Below are positions 11,401 to 19,512 of a DNA stretch of 64,000 nucleotides, piece after piece (positions within the stretch are counted from its first letter, which is position 1; the number at the start of each line of letters is the position of its first letter). Location of the stretch: assembly GCA_963755915.1 (NCBI GenBank), contig CAVWLP010000002.1, forward strand, positions 3,904,001-3,968,000, read 5' to 3'. Position numbers and translations under genes: made by a program. The DNA comes from an uncultured Phycisphaerales bacterium. Lineage in GTDB: Bacteria; Planctomycetota; Phycisphaerae; Tepidisphaerales; Tepidisphaeraceae. Under the pieces are notes generated by a model, which was not told the origin of the DNA, ran no database searches, and saw only the letters and a list, made by a program, of their open reading frames with translations.

Positions 11401-11441
11401 CCGTCGATACCCTTGGGCGGGTTCATCGGGCAAATGATTAA
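8413..11441 (+). CDS. cas9: type II-C Cas9, ~1009 aa, three apparent frameshifts (~9150, ~9215, ~10885)
   Basis: RuvC-I LGLDVGANSIGW, Arg-rich bridge helix, HLNQRRGFKSNR, RuvC-II IHIELAR, HNH DIDHILPRSR...NKV...N..KGNRTP, RuvC-III HRHHTIDALVVA. A short off-frame segment reads RADRLAQRFRLLQEVNNLR. Confidence 0.95.
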
Positions 11442-12375
11442 GCGCACGATCGACATCTCGGAAGGTCCGACCTATCTGTCGATCGAGAACGATCAGTTGG
11501 TGCTGAAGCGCGGTGCGGATCGGATCGGGACGGTGCCGTGCGAGGACGTTGGGGTTTTGCTGGTGGATAATTTGGCGACGACGTATACGCACGCGGTGTT
11601 TACGCGGCTGGTGCATTTTGGGGCGGTGATTGTGCTGTGCGGTGCGAACCATTTGCCGGTGGGGATGGTGATGCCGATGGAGTCGAATGAACTGACGGCG
11701 CGGCGGATGCGGTTGCAGGCGTCGGCGGCGCTGCCGATGAGGAAGAGGTTGTGGAAGCAGATCGTGGAGGAGAAGGTGAGGCGGCAGGCGATGAACCTGG
11801 AGGCGGGGAGCGCAATGAGGCGGAGATTGGAGGCGATGGCGGGGGAAGTGAAGAGCGGGGACCGGACGAATGTGGAGGGACAGGCGGCGCGGTTTTACTG
11901 GCCGGCGCTGCTGGGGGCGGATTTTCGGAGGGATCCGGAGGGATTGCCGCCGAACAATCTGTTGAATTATGGGTATATCGTTTTGCGCAGCGCGGTGGCG
12001 CGTGCGCTGGTGGGAGCCGGCTTGCACCCGGTTTTTTCGCTTCAGCATTCGCATCGGAACAATGCGTTTGCGCTGGCGGACGATCTGCTGGAGGTTTTGC
12101 GGCCGCGGGTGGACCGGGCGGTGGTAGAACTGATGAGGGGGGGAGGGGGGTTTATTGACCGGGGATCGAAGGAGAAGCTGCTGGGGATATTGGCGGAGGA
12201 GGTTGAGCTGGGGGAGCAATCGGGGCCGCTGATGGTGCAACTGCACCGGATGGCGGCGTCGCTGTTGCGGTGTTATGAGGGGACGGGGAAGAGGCTGGAA
12301 TTGCCGGTATTTAAGGAAAAGTCGGGTCTGGATTCACAGGGAAAGGGGGAAATTGAAGCGCCAGACGTAGAATAA
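11434..12375 (+). CDS. cas1: type II CRISPR-associated endonuclease Cas1
   Basis: Overlaps the cas9 stop; NVEGQAARFYW, NNLLNYGY..LR, HSHRNNAFALADDLLE. Confidence 0.95.
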   Translation: MIKRTIDISEGPTYLSIENDQLVLKRGADRIGTVPCEDVGVLLVDNLATTYTHAVFTRLVHFGAVIVLCGANHLPVGMVMPMESNELTARRMRLQASAALPMRKRLWKQIVEEKVRRQAMNLEAGSAMRRRLEAMAGEVKSGDRTNVEGQAARFYWPALLGADFRRDPEGLPPNNLLNYGYIVLRSAVARALVGAGLHPVFSLQHSHRNNAFALADDLLEVLRPRVDRAVVELMRGGGGFIDRGSKEKLLGILAEEVELGEQSGPLMVQLHRMAASLLRCYEGTGKRLELPVFKEKSGLDSQGKGEIEAPDVE

Positions 12376-12377
12376 GG

Positions 12378-12743
12378 TTGGTGAAGTGGGGCGCTGAGCC
12401 GGAGAATCAGGGCGTGGACCTGAGCGCGTACCGGCTTATGTGGCTGTTCGTAATGTTCGATCTTCCGGTGGATACGAAGGCGGCGCGGCGGGCGTATGCG
12501 CAGTTTCGGAAGTTTTTGCTGCGGGACGGGTTTGCGCAGGTACAATACAGCGTGTATGCCCGGGTGTGTCCGAGCGAGGAGAACATGCGGGTGCATGCAC
12601 GGCGGGTGGAGGGGCGTGTGCCGGATGATGGGGAGGTGAGGCTGATATGTATCACGGACAAACAGTTCGAGCGTCAGCTCATTTTCTGGGGGAAAATGAG
12701 GAAACGGCCGTTGGCGGCGCCGAAGCAGCTCGAGTTTTTCTGA
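12378..12743 (+). CDS. cas2: CRISPR-associated endoribonuclease Cas2
   Basis: MWLFVMFDLPV, FRKFLLRDGFAQVQYSVY, ITDKQF, QLEFF. No csn2 or cas4, hence II-C. Confidence 0.95.
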   Translation: MVKWGAEPENQGVDLSAYRLMWLFVMFDLPVDTKAARRAYAQFRKFLLRDGFAQVQYSVYARVCPSEENMRVHARRVEGRVPDDGEVRLICITDKQFERQLIFWGKMRKRPLAAPKQLEFF

Positions 12744-12791
12744 GTCCGAATTGCGTTAACCTCCGTATCTACTGCGGGTTGCGGGCGGGAG

Positions 12792-12946
12792 GAGTCTATT
12801 CAATCCCGGCCTGAGAGCAATCCGCAACCGGGGCCCTTCGCTTCCGGCTTCGGTCGCAGAGTCTATTCAATCCCGGCCTGAGAGCAATCCGCAACGGATG
12901 ATCCGCCGCATAGCTGGCGCTGGCCGAGTCTATTCAATCCCGGCCT
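12792..12946 (-). CRISPR. CRISPR array: two full 37-bp repeats, one 21-bp truncated repeat, two 30-bp spacers
   Basis: Repeats at 12792..12828, 12859..12895 and partial 12926..12946. Minus-strand repeat GTTGCGGATTGCTCTCAGGCCGGGATTGAATAGACTC; spacers 12829..12858 and 12896..12925. Orientation from the GTT start and tracrRNA complementarity. Confidence 0.93.
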
Positions 12947-13027
12947 TGCCCGCATGGGGCGAACGCCGGAGGGGTGGGACATGGAGTTAGGGGGTGGCGT
13001 TCGCCCCATGCGGGCAAGGCCGGGATT
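12936..13027. repeat. perfect 32-bp inverted repeat (REP/MITE-like hairpin, 28-nt loop)
   Basis: AATCCCGGCCTTGCCCGCATGGGGCGAACGCC at 12936..12967 is the exact reverse complement of 12996..13027. Confidence 0.9.
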
Positions 13028-13177
13028 TGGGGTGAGACGGGGAGCGCTTCGCGAGAGAGTGGAGCAGTAGAAAGTAGAGCAGTAGATGAAAGCGGAGTGG
13101 GATCTGCGGCATATCTGAGATTTGAGCATAGCGGTTCGACGGCGCTCAGCGAAATCTTCGACCGGGGTGGGTTCGAT

Positions 13178-13474
13178 TTATCGCCAGCGTGGGGCTCCAT
13201 TGCTGGGCGATGGGGAATCGTCTTGTTTTTGATCTGGATGGGGAGGCGTGCGTCTTGGGTCAGCCTTGCGTCCGAAGGTAATGTTGGCGGGGGCTCTGAC
13301 GAACTTGTTTGGGACGCACCAGGTTTGGCCGTTGTCGTCGAGATCGATAATCCAAATCATATCGTCGTCACGATGGCCGGGTTCGAGGAAGTTGGCGACG
13401 CCCTTGCCGGTGGGGCCGGACCAGCCGGGACCGCCGACAATGATGCGAACGAGGGGGGGATTGAGTTGTAGCAT
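13178..13474 (-). CDS. small conserved hypothetical protein (phage-like LQLNPP...W..PN...R...NIT.GR type)
   Basis: 98-aa ORF with an ATG start; the motif pattern is recalled from small phage-associated proteins and was not verified by search. Confidence 0.55.
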   Translation of the reverse strand: MLQLNPPLVRIIVGGPGWSGPTGKGVANFLEPGHRDDDMIWIIDLDDNGQTWCVPNKFVRAPANITFGRKADPRRTPPHPDQKQDDSPSPSNGAPRWR

Positions 13475-13501
13475 GGGATGATCCGTGGTGGGGACGCAAA
13501 T

Positions 13502-13556
13502 GGAAGACGCCCCGCGGTTCGACTGAGCTCACCGAAGTCAAGCCGGGCCGCTAAAC
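13502..13556. repeat. dispersed REP-like element, copy 1
   Basis: CGCCCCGCGGTTCGAC-NN-AGCTCACCGAAGTCAAGC shared with 32349..32406; partial relative at 13132..13156. Confidence 0.65.
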
Positions 13557-13647
13557 ATTGTGCGGTTTCAGAATTTGGGACTGCAACGGTTGGGCCAATA
13601 CAGACCCGGGCGTCGCGTGCGGCGGAGTCTGGATTCAAGTACCGCAT

Positions 13648-13833
13648 TCAGCGAGACTGTTTTCGTTTGGGAACTTTAGCTCCGGCCTTTCGGGCCTCGG
13701 CGAGGCCGATTGCGATGGCTTGCTTGCGGCTGGTGACTTTTTTTCCGGATCGGCCGCTTTTCAGGGTGCCAAGTTTACGTTCGTGCATGGCCCTTTCGAC
13801 TTTGCTGGATGCTTTCCTGCTGTATTTCGCCAT
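13648..13833 (-). CDS. DUF6496-like small basic protein
   Basis: MHERKLGTLKSGRSGKKVTSRKQAIAIGLAEAR; GGAG RBS. Confidence 0.8.
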   Translation of the reverse strand: MAKYSRKASSKVERAMHERKLGTLKSGRSGKKVTSRKQAIAIGLAEARKAGAKVPKRKQSR

Positions 13834-14043
13834 GGGGCTCCTTTGCCGTTGGTACAGTAACGAGAATAAGCAATAGACGTGCCGGTCGAGGTGCGGAAAT
13901 CTATGGCGGTGAATGTGTCGGGGGCGATTGCGTGCAGGTAGGCGTTTACATTGGAGGAGCCGATGGGATGGCGAAGCTCATTTTCGTCGAGATACTGGAA
14001 TGTTCGCAGAAACCCCCCGGATGAGCCGATAAAATGTCGATGC

Positions 14044-14072
14044 TTGAAATCCGGGGCATCGACTTATAGACT
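14044..14072 (+). promoter_or_regulatory. sigma70-type promoter of tRNA-Gly
   Basis: TTGAAA (14044..14049)-N17-TAGACT (14067..14072), 16 nt upstream of the tRNA. Confidence 0.7.
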
Positions 14073-14088
14073 TTGCGGCCGGAAACTC

Positions 14089-14160
14089 GCGGGCGTAGCT
14101 CAGTGGTAGAGCGTCACGTTGCCAACGTGAATGTCGAGGGTTCGACCCCCTTCGCCCGCT
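14089..14160 (+). tRNA. tRNA-Gly (GCC), CCA not encoded
   Basis: Acceptor stem GCGGGCG/CGCCCGC, D arm GCTC/GAGC, anticodon arm TCACG-TTGCCAA-CGTGA, T loop GTTCGA. Confidence 0.97.
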
Positions 14161-15487
14161 TGAAAACCCCATCCCTGCCGGATGGGGTTTTTTGTTGCCT
14201 ATCCCCGCCAGTTACAAGAGATAACGACGAGTCGCGGTGAGGGGTATCAATGCCGCTGACTGCCGAACAAAACCCTATTGCAGCCGATCTTGTAGTGACG
14301 CTTTCACGCCACCCAGGAACCACGTTGGCATCGGGCCGAGTACTTGGCAACGCCGGAAGTTTCTCCACGGCACCGGCAAGATCAAAGATTCTCGGATCGG
14401 TGTACACGTTCATCGTCAACCGCATATCGGTGTGACGCATCAGGCTCATGGCTACACGCGGAGCAACGCCAGCCTTGGCCAGCAGACTGCCGTAAGTGTG
14501 ACGGAGCGAATGGAAATCCGCTCGGCGGCGGTCCGCATCCTCAAAGGGGATTCCGGCTTTTGTCAGATATCGCTTGTGCGTATCCATCGACGGCAAGGTG
14601 CGGCACACCGATGCGGAATCGTCCGCGTCGCCACGCGATTCTTTCAGCAGCTTTGCCAGGTCATTTCGTAGCGGCAGTGCGTCGCCACGCTTGCCCTTGG
14701 TCGTTTCCGCCCGCAATTGAATGCAGGGCATCGGTGCATCGAGCTTCACGTCACCCCATCGCAATTGCCGCAGCTCATCGCGTCGCAAGCCCGTCCCCAG
14801 GATGATTCGATAGGCGAGTTGATGCCGGGCATGCACCGCGTCCATCAAGGCCGCTATTTCTGTTTGCGTCAGTGCCCGCCGCTGGCGGCGTAAGTGGCCC
14901 GTGGTTTCCACCGGAGTCACATCAGCGAGCGGATGAACCGCGAGGCGTTTCCGTTTGATCGACCATTTGCAGAAGGCTCGTACGGTTTCCAAGTAATGGT
15001 TTTGTGTTCGTGCCCCCATCCGCAGGATTGTGCCGCCATCCTTGGCAGTATGCCCCATCGTGATCGTCGCGGTATCTCGCCAGCGGATGAAGCTATCCGC
15101 CGAGACGCTCGAAAAAGTCTTCCAATCGCAGTCGGCAATCAACCGGGCCATCCGGGATTCGCACAGCCCAACATAAATCTCATCACGCCCCAATTGCCGG
15201 AGTTCCGCAATCCAGTCAGCGACGTGTTCGCAAAGCCGTCGATTCCGGTGTGCCTTGAACGGGTCCTCCAACCCTTCCGCCCCTTGGGCTTTTGCACGCT
15301 CAATTTTCGCCCCCAATTGCTCGGAAGCGGCTCTATCGGTGTAGCCTTTGATCCGTCTGATTCTCCCGTCAACGTTGACCTGGACAGTGTAGAATCGGCT
15401 CTCTGCCCAATTCGCACCCGGAGTGTGCTTCGTGCATTTTCGTCCGTTAGCATCAATCCATCTTCCGCGTTTGAAAATACTGGCCAT
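14114..15487 (-). CDS. tyrosine recombinase/integrase (457 aa in the integrated state)
   Basis: GGAG RBS before ATG 15487; catalytic TGLRRDE, K, HSLRHTY, MRHTD, VYT. The 3' end reads through attL and stops inside the tRNA. Confidence 0.93.
   Translation of the reverse strand: MASIFKRGRWIDANGRKCTKHTPGANWAESRFYTVQVNVDGRIRRIKGYTDRAASEQLGAKIERAKAQGAEGLEDPFKAHRNRRLCEHVADWIAELRQLGRDEIYVGLCESRMARLIADCDWKTFSSVSADSFIRWRDTATITMGHTAKDGGTILRMGARTQNHYLETVRAFCKWSIKRKRLAVHPLADVTPVETTGHLRRQRRALTQTEIAALMDAVHARHQLAYRIILGTGLRRDELRQLRWGDVKLDAPMPCIQLRAETTKGKRGDALPLRNDLAKLLKESRGDADDSASVCRTLPSMDTHKRYLTKAGIPFEDADRRRADFHSLRHTYGSLLAKAGVAPRVAMSLMRHTDMRLTMNVYTDPRIFDLAGAVEKLPALPSTRPDANVVPGWRESVTTRSAAIGFCSAVSGIDTPHRDSSLSLVTGGDRQQKTPSGRDGVFKRAKGVEPSTFTLAT
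14132..14161 (+). repeat. attL core (3' part of tRNA-Gly)
   Basis: TGTCGAGGGTTCGACCCCCTTCGCCCGCTT, identical to 30115..30144. Confidence 0.93.
14163..14193 (+). terminator. intrinsic terminator downstream of tRNA-Gly
   Basis: AAAACCCCATCC-CTGCC-GGATGGGGTTTT hairpin with a T6 tract. Confidence 0.75.
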
Positions 15488-15507
15488 AGGACTCCATCGC
15501 TTTCGCA

Positions 15508-15738
15508 CTATTCTACACCGGCCCGCACCGCATTGGACTCGATCCACGTTTCAACTGTTTCGCGTTTCCATAACCGCAGCTTGCCGCCTATGCCAATGTC
15601 GGCCTTGGGAAATCGCCCCGACGAAATCAGCCGGAACAGGGTGCGGGACGCAATCGGAAGATAATAGCGCCGGATCATCGCCAAGGTCAGTAGAGCAGGC
15701 GGATTTTCCGTTTGCATATGGACCGTTTGAACCTGCAT
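15508..15738 (-). CDS. AlpA/excisionase-like HTH protein (recombination directionality factor)
   Basis: IASRTLFRLISSGRFPKAD...LRLWKRETVETWI; directly upstream of the integrase. Start 15738 or 15717. Confidence 0.8.
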   Translation of the reverse strand: MQVQTVHMQTENPPALLTLAMIRRYYLPIASRTLFRLISSGRFPKADIGIGGKLRLWKRETVETWIESNAVRAGVE

Positions 15739-15984
15739 CGTGAAATCTCCATTGTTCGATAACCGCCGCGCGAAACCGCGCGGCCTTGATTCCATTGACT
15801 GTACAATCTGGTCGGACGCTGCCCGTGGCCGCAGAACACACCCTAAGACTATTTGCGTCAAAGGGCGGAAATCTTTCACTAAAAATCATCAAGCGACCTG
15901 AATAGACCGGCAAATCTCCGGTCGCCGCAACGCGGCGTGTGCCTGTTCGGGTCGAATCCTGTAATGCCAGGGGCCAATTTCTCA

Positions 15985-16014
15985 ATGACATTCCGCCTCA
16001 AATGCCGTTATAAT
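15985..16014 (+). promoter_or_regulatory. putative sigma70 promoter of the TA operon
   Basis: ATGACA-N18-TATAAT, 27 nt before the antitoxin ATG. Confidence 0.55.
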
Positions 16015-16041
16015 GTGCGAAAGCCGTTAAGGATGAGGTCT

Positions 16042-16323
16042 ATGCAGCAAGTTCAATTGCCTGATCAACTCTACCGCGTAGCACAGCGACGCGCGTCGGA
16101 AGCTGGGTTTGCCACCGTCGAGGAATACATTGCCGATGTCGTAACCCAGGATGTCGCCGACGATACGGAGAATTTTGACCATTTGTTCACGCCGCAGGTA
16201 GTAAGCGAGCTTGAACAGATTTCCGCAGCGGCCAAGGCTGGCGGGAAAACTTACACGTCCGAGGAAGTCCGCGAACATTTCCGAAAGAAATCGGACGCAT
16301 GGCGAGCAAGCCACCCCGAATGA
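16042..16323 (+). CDS. putative antitoxin (RHH/ParD-like)
   Basis: GAGG RBS; MQQVQLPDQLYRVAQRRASEAGFATVEEYIADVV; acidic; ATGA overlap with the toxin. Confidence 0.7.
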   Translation: MQQVQLPDQLYRVAQRRASEAGFATVEEYIADVVTQDVADDTENFDHLFTPQVVSELEQISAAAKAGGKTYTSEEVREHFRKKSDAWRASHPE

Positions 16324-16628
16324 TCGTTGACTACACGCCGGAAGCTCTGGCCAATCTCGACGAGATTTGGGATTGGAACGCGGAGCAGCACGGTAGGGTA
16401 CACGCTGATTCGTACGTCGAATTCCTGCGAAAACGAACGGATCGCTTATCCACCGACTATGCCAGCGGCAAACCCGTGCCGACTAATCTATCGCTGTTTT
16501 ATCGCGTGATTCAAAAAAGGAAGAAGCATCACGGCCATATTGTCGTTTACGAAGTGAATGACAACGATGTTGTTCGCATCCTGCGTTATTTCCACACCGC
16601 CCAAGACTGGCAGAACAAGCTCAGATAA
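16320..16628 (+). CDS. RelE/ParE family toxin
   Basis: YTPEALANLDEIWDW...HIVVYEV...VRILRYFHTAQDW. Confidence 0.85.
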   Translation: MIVDYTPEALANLDEIWDWNAEQHGRVHADSYVEFLRKRTDRLSTDYASGKPVPTNLSLFYRVIQKRKKHHGHIVVYEVNDNDVVRILRYFHTAQDWQNKLR

Positions 16629-16689
16629 ACGCGAGGCGAAATAATTTCCCTGCCCCCAATTCCGACATTGTACGCTCCACGAATCGGCC

Positions 16690-17130
16690 TCAAGGTACTA
16701 CTCCATGAGTACACGGAGCCTCTTCTCCGACGGTTCCACCTTGACACCGATTCGCTCCGCTGAAAGCAATTCTGTCCACCATCGGGGGCAGGGAAAAAGA
16801 TGGTTCAGGAAGAAAGACAATCGAATCATCCGGCAGCCAGGCCGACGCGTCGAATTCTGCCACGGCGTCGAATATCGTGACCCGGTACGCACATCCGATC
16901 CGTTTTGGGGCGGAACGCCTTCGCCGTAATCGTTCCCGCACGATAGCCCGAATTTGATCCTCATCTTTTCCGGCAAACCGTTGCGTTTGATATCCGCCTC
17001 CGACACGACCGTAGCGGATGCTGAGTGTCCAATCGTCAAGCAAATCCCGGCCAACGGTGATTTCGTAGCGGCGATGATGATTGAGATCGTCGTTATGCGC
17101 TTCTAATGCAATCGTGAGCAGGTTTTCCAT
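16690..17130 (-). CDS. WGR domain protein
   Basis: NHHRRYEITVGRDLLDDWTLSIRYGRVG; ATG at 17130; divergent from the resolvase. Confidence 0.75.
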   Translation of the reverse strand: MENLLTIALEAHNDDLNHHRRYEITVGRDLLDDWTLSIRYGRVGGGYQTQRFAGKDEDQIRAIVRERLRRRRSAPKRIGCAYRVTIFDAVAEFDASAWLPDDSIVFLPEPSFSLPPMVDRIAFSGANRCQGGTVGEEAPCTHGVVP

Positions 17131-17249
17131 GCGGCGAGATATTTCTCTTGTCCCCTTCGATGAATCGTGATACGCCTTGACCTGACCATAAACTATAGTT
17201 TTTGGCCGATGTAAAGGGGTTTTTGCAAGCAGTTGATTTGTCGAGGGGC

Positions 17250-17870
17250 ATGACCGGAAATCAGGGGGAGGTTTTTGGCCAGGGGGCGAACGACCGTTTA
17301 CGCGTCGGGCTGTATGCACGTGTTTCGACTCACGACCAGCAGACATTGCCACTGCAAATTTCCGCAATGCGGGAATACGCCGAGCGACGGGGCTGGACCA
17401 TCGCAATGCAAATCGAGGAAGTCGGTAGCGGGGCGAAGGATCGACCAGCCCGCGGTGAAATTTTACGAGCCGCGATGCGACGGGAGATTGATATCGTCCT
17501 GGTCTGGAAGCTCGACCGGTGGGGCCGGTCGTTGCTCGACCTTGTGACGACGTTGAAGGAATTGCATGCTGTCGGCGTCAATTTCGTTTCGCTGAATGAT
17601 TCACTGGATTTCACGACCCCGAGCGGTCAAGCAATGGCGGGGATGCTGGCAGTATTCGCTCAATATGAGCGGGACATCCTTCGGGATCGCGTCAAGGCTG
17701 GCATTGCCGAGGCCAGGAAGAACGGTAAGCCGCATGGCAGGCCCGCGACGGTGACCGGCCTTGCGGATGAGGCAAACAAGCTGTTTCTTTCAGGAATCAG
17801 CAAGAGCCAGATCGCCCAGCGGCTCGGTATTGGGAGAACTTCGGTGCGGAGGCTTCTTACGGCTGTATAA
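17250..17870 (+). CDS. serine resolvase/invertase
   Basis: YARVST, SGAKDRP, KLDRWGRS, C-terminal HTH. Confidence 0.92.
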   Translation: MTGNQGEVFGQGANDRLRVGLYARVSTHDQQTLPLQISAMREYAERRGWTIAMQIEEVGSGAKDRPARGEILRAAMRREIDIVLVWKLDRWGRSLLDLVTTLKELHAVGVNFVSLNDSLDFTTPSGQAMAGMLAVFAQYERDILRDRVKAGIAEARKNGKPHGRPATVTGLADEANKLFLSGISKSQIAQRLGIGRTSVRRLLTAV

Positions 17871-18622
17871 TCGTGAGATTTGGGGGGCCGAACACCTGAG
17901 CCAGTGGGCGGATTAGAGTCAGGTCGTGCGTGGCAATGGCGTCAACGCGAGATAAGAAAGCAAGGTAGGTCAGATCTGCAAGATCGTTTGCCAGCTTCTT
18001 ATCTCCCAAGTGGCAGGCGTGGTTTCCGTTAAGACGGTAATGGAACGCTAGAAAATTGCGTAGGCGGTGCCAGTCGTATATCAGCCACCCAGGCTCCGGC
18101 ACGTCCTTCATCTGATAGTATTTCGCAATTGTTTCCCCCCTAACCTTTTTTGCTTCGGGCGGTGCAAACAGCTCAAGGTACTTGTTTGCACCCGTTACAA
18201 TATCTACCGACCTGCAACTTGCGAAAGTGCCGTTGTGTTTTTCATTCCACAGTCGTTCAAGCGCATTTTTGAACTCTTGCGGCTCGTCTCTCTCGAAAAA
18301 GTCTCGAACCTCTTGCACAGCGCCGATCCCTCGTGCGCTGATCGCGGCGTCGATTAATTCCTTACTGTTGGGATGTACCACGTCCTCTATCCGCTCACTC
18401 GTCCTGACTTCTTCTTTGAGCAAATTGACCAGCGCGCGAGTGAGCAAGGTTAAGCCCCGCGAGTTTTTTGAAGTACGTACAAGAATCGCTTCCATCGGAG
18501 CTAGTTGATATCTCGTATATCAATTCAAAGGTAAGCAAAACGGTATATTCGCGGAGGTCATTTTGCACCGATTCGCGTCCGGATGCTCTGAGATAGGACA
18601 AATCAACGATCGCGGTTGGCAT
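17857..18622 (-). CDS. hypothetical protein with PIN-like acidic motifs, frameshift near 18435
   Basis: N-part MPTAIVDLSYL...TFELIYE (18395..18622) plus C-part NDLADLTYLAFLSRVDAIATHD (17857..18495). Confidence 0.5.
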
Positions 18623-18825
18623 GATTCATCCTCCTTTTTCTTCTTGAGGAGTTTAACGTCATTCCCCTTCTCACTTCACCGCCCGGGTTTTGGCCTACCT
18701 GTAAGCGGCTCTCAATCCGACATCCAGGGCCAACTTTATCTTTAAGCAGCAAGGGAATTTGATGAAGGCTCGGCGGTTTGACTGTCCGTTCCAACCTTTG
18801 TGGCCACACCGAATGGGTTGGGTTT

Positions 18826-19455
18826 TCAGATTTGTTCCAGGCATTTGATAATGCTTATGTAGTCTGGTTTATCCTTCATTATTTCGTTCTGCAAGCCGCC
18901 TATTACTGATTGCCTGCGGAGGGCACAGCCGCACCACGCCATATAGACCTGTAGTGCCCCTAGCACAGCTACCGAGATTAAGATCGTGCTGCTAAAGAAG
19001 TGGCTTACGACAACAAACAACGTCACATAGACTGTTAACACCACAATTGCCGTAGGCGTGTTGTGATGCGAAGGTTTTCCGTTGATCCTCTTTTGTCTGC
19101 ATCGGACGTAGGGTATGTGGTTCAGAAGCTCGCCAATAACCGGAGAATCAAGATACCCCTTCACCAGATCGTCGGCGGAAAGGTGCATCTTATTATTACA
19201 ATCGCACCAGCTTGCCACTCCCATTCCGATGCTCAGAATCGCTACGACAATCAAAACGGTGCCGCCGAAAAAGTAGTTTGCCGTGTAAAAGATTGCCGCT
19301 TCGGTTATCAGGAGCAGAATGCCAGAAATCACCATGTCGCGTGATTTATACGGATGGATGTCGTCGAAAGAGTGCTTATATTGATGCACAGCTTCTTTTT
19401 CCTTCGATTTTGCTGCGGACTTGGCGTCCCTGGTGTAGATCGGCAACGCGGGCAA
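18826..19455 (-). CDS. hypothetical 4-TM membrane protein with internal duplication
   Basis: 209-aa ORF with two hydrophobic hairpins, each ending in WCxC; start uncertain. Confidence 0.55.
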   Translation of the reverse strand: MPALPIYTRDAKSAAKSKEKEAVHQYKHSFDDIHPYKSRDMVISGILLLITEAAIFYTANYFFGGTVLIVVAILSIGMGVASWCDCNNKMHLSADDLVKGYLDSPVIGELLNHIPYVRCRQKRINGKPSHHNTPTAIVVLTVYVTLFVVVSHFFSSTILISVAVLGALQVYMAWCGCALRRQSVIGGLQNEIMKDKPDYISIIKCLEQI

Positions 19456-19512
19456 AGCCTATTACAAATACGACGATTGCCGGTTGTGTCTCCAATTGGC
19501 TGATAACAAGCC

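Noticed and set aside
8221-11441. Naturally split Cas9, programmed frameshifting, or IscB
   Set aside because: The breaks match the window-wide indel pattern. The REC lobe, total size and cas1/cas2/array context indicate an ordinary single-chain II-C Cas9. The 8221 start overlaps the tracrRNA; ATG 8413 fits RuvC-I.
8743-12246. Long antisense ORFs (e.g. 8743..10083, 11125..12246; likewise 30825..32117, 42362..43756, 54717..55967)
   Set aside because: Shadow frames of well-supported genes in high-GC DNA with no recognisable motifs.
12829-12925. Self-targeting spacers against the adjacent island
   Set aside because: By eye only 10-11-nt matches were found (GGATGATCCG near 13477; CGCCAGCTATG in parA near 24014), which is chance level. 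An exhaustive alignment was not possible.
13062-13090. AGCAGTAG/AAAGTAG short repeats as a CRISPR leader motif
   Set aside because: Similar 7-10-bp intergenic tandem tracts occur elsewhere (near 2607, 50415, 50449), so they are not locus-specific.
17041-17052. Orphan CRISPR repeat fragments (AATCCCGGCC here, CAATCCCGG near 29961)
   Set aside because: Only 9-10 nt and inside coding sequence; expected by chance.
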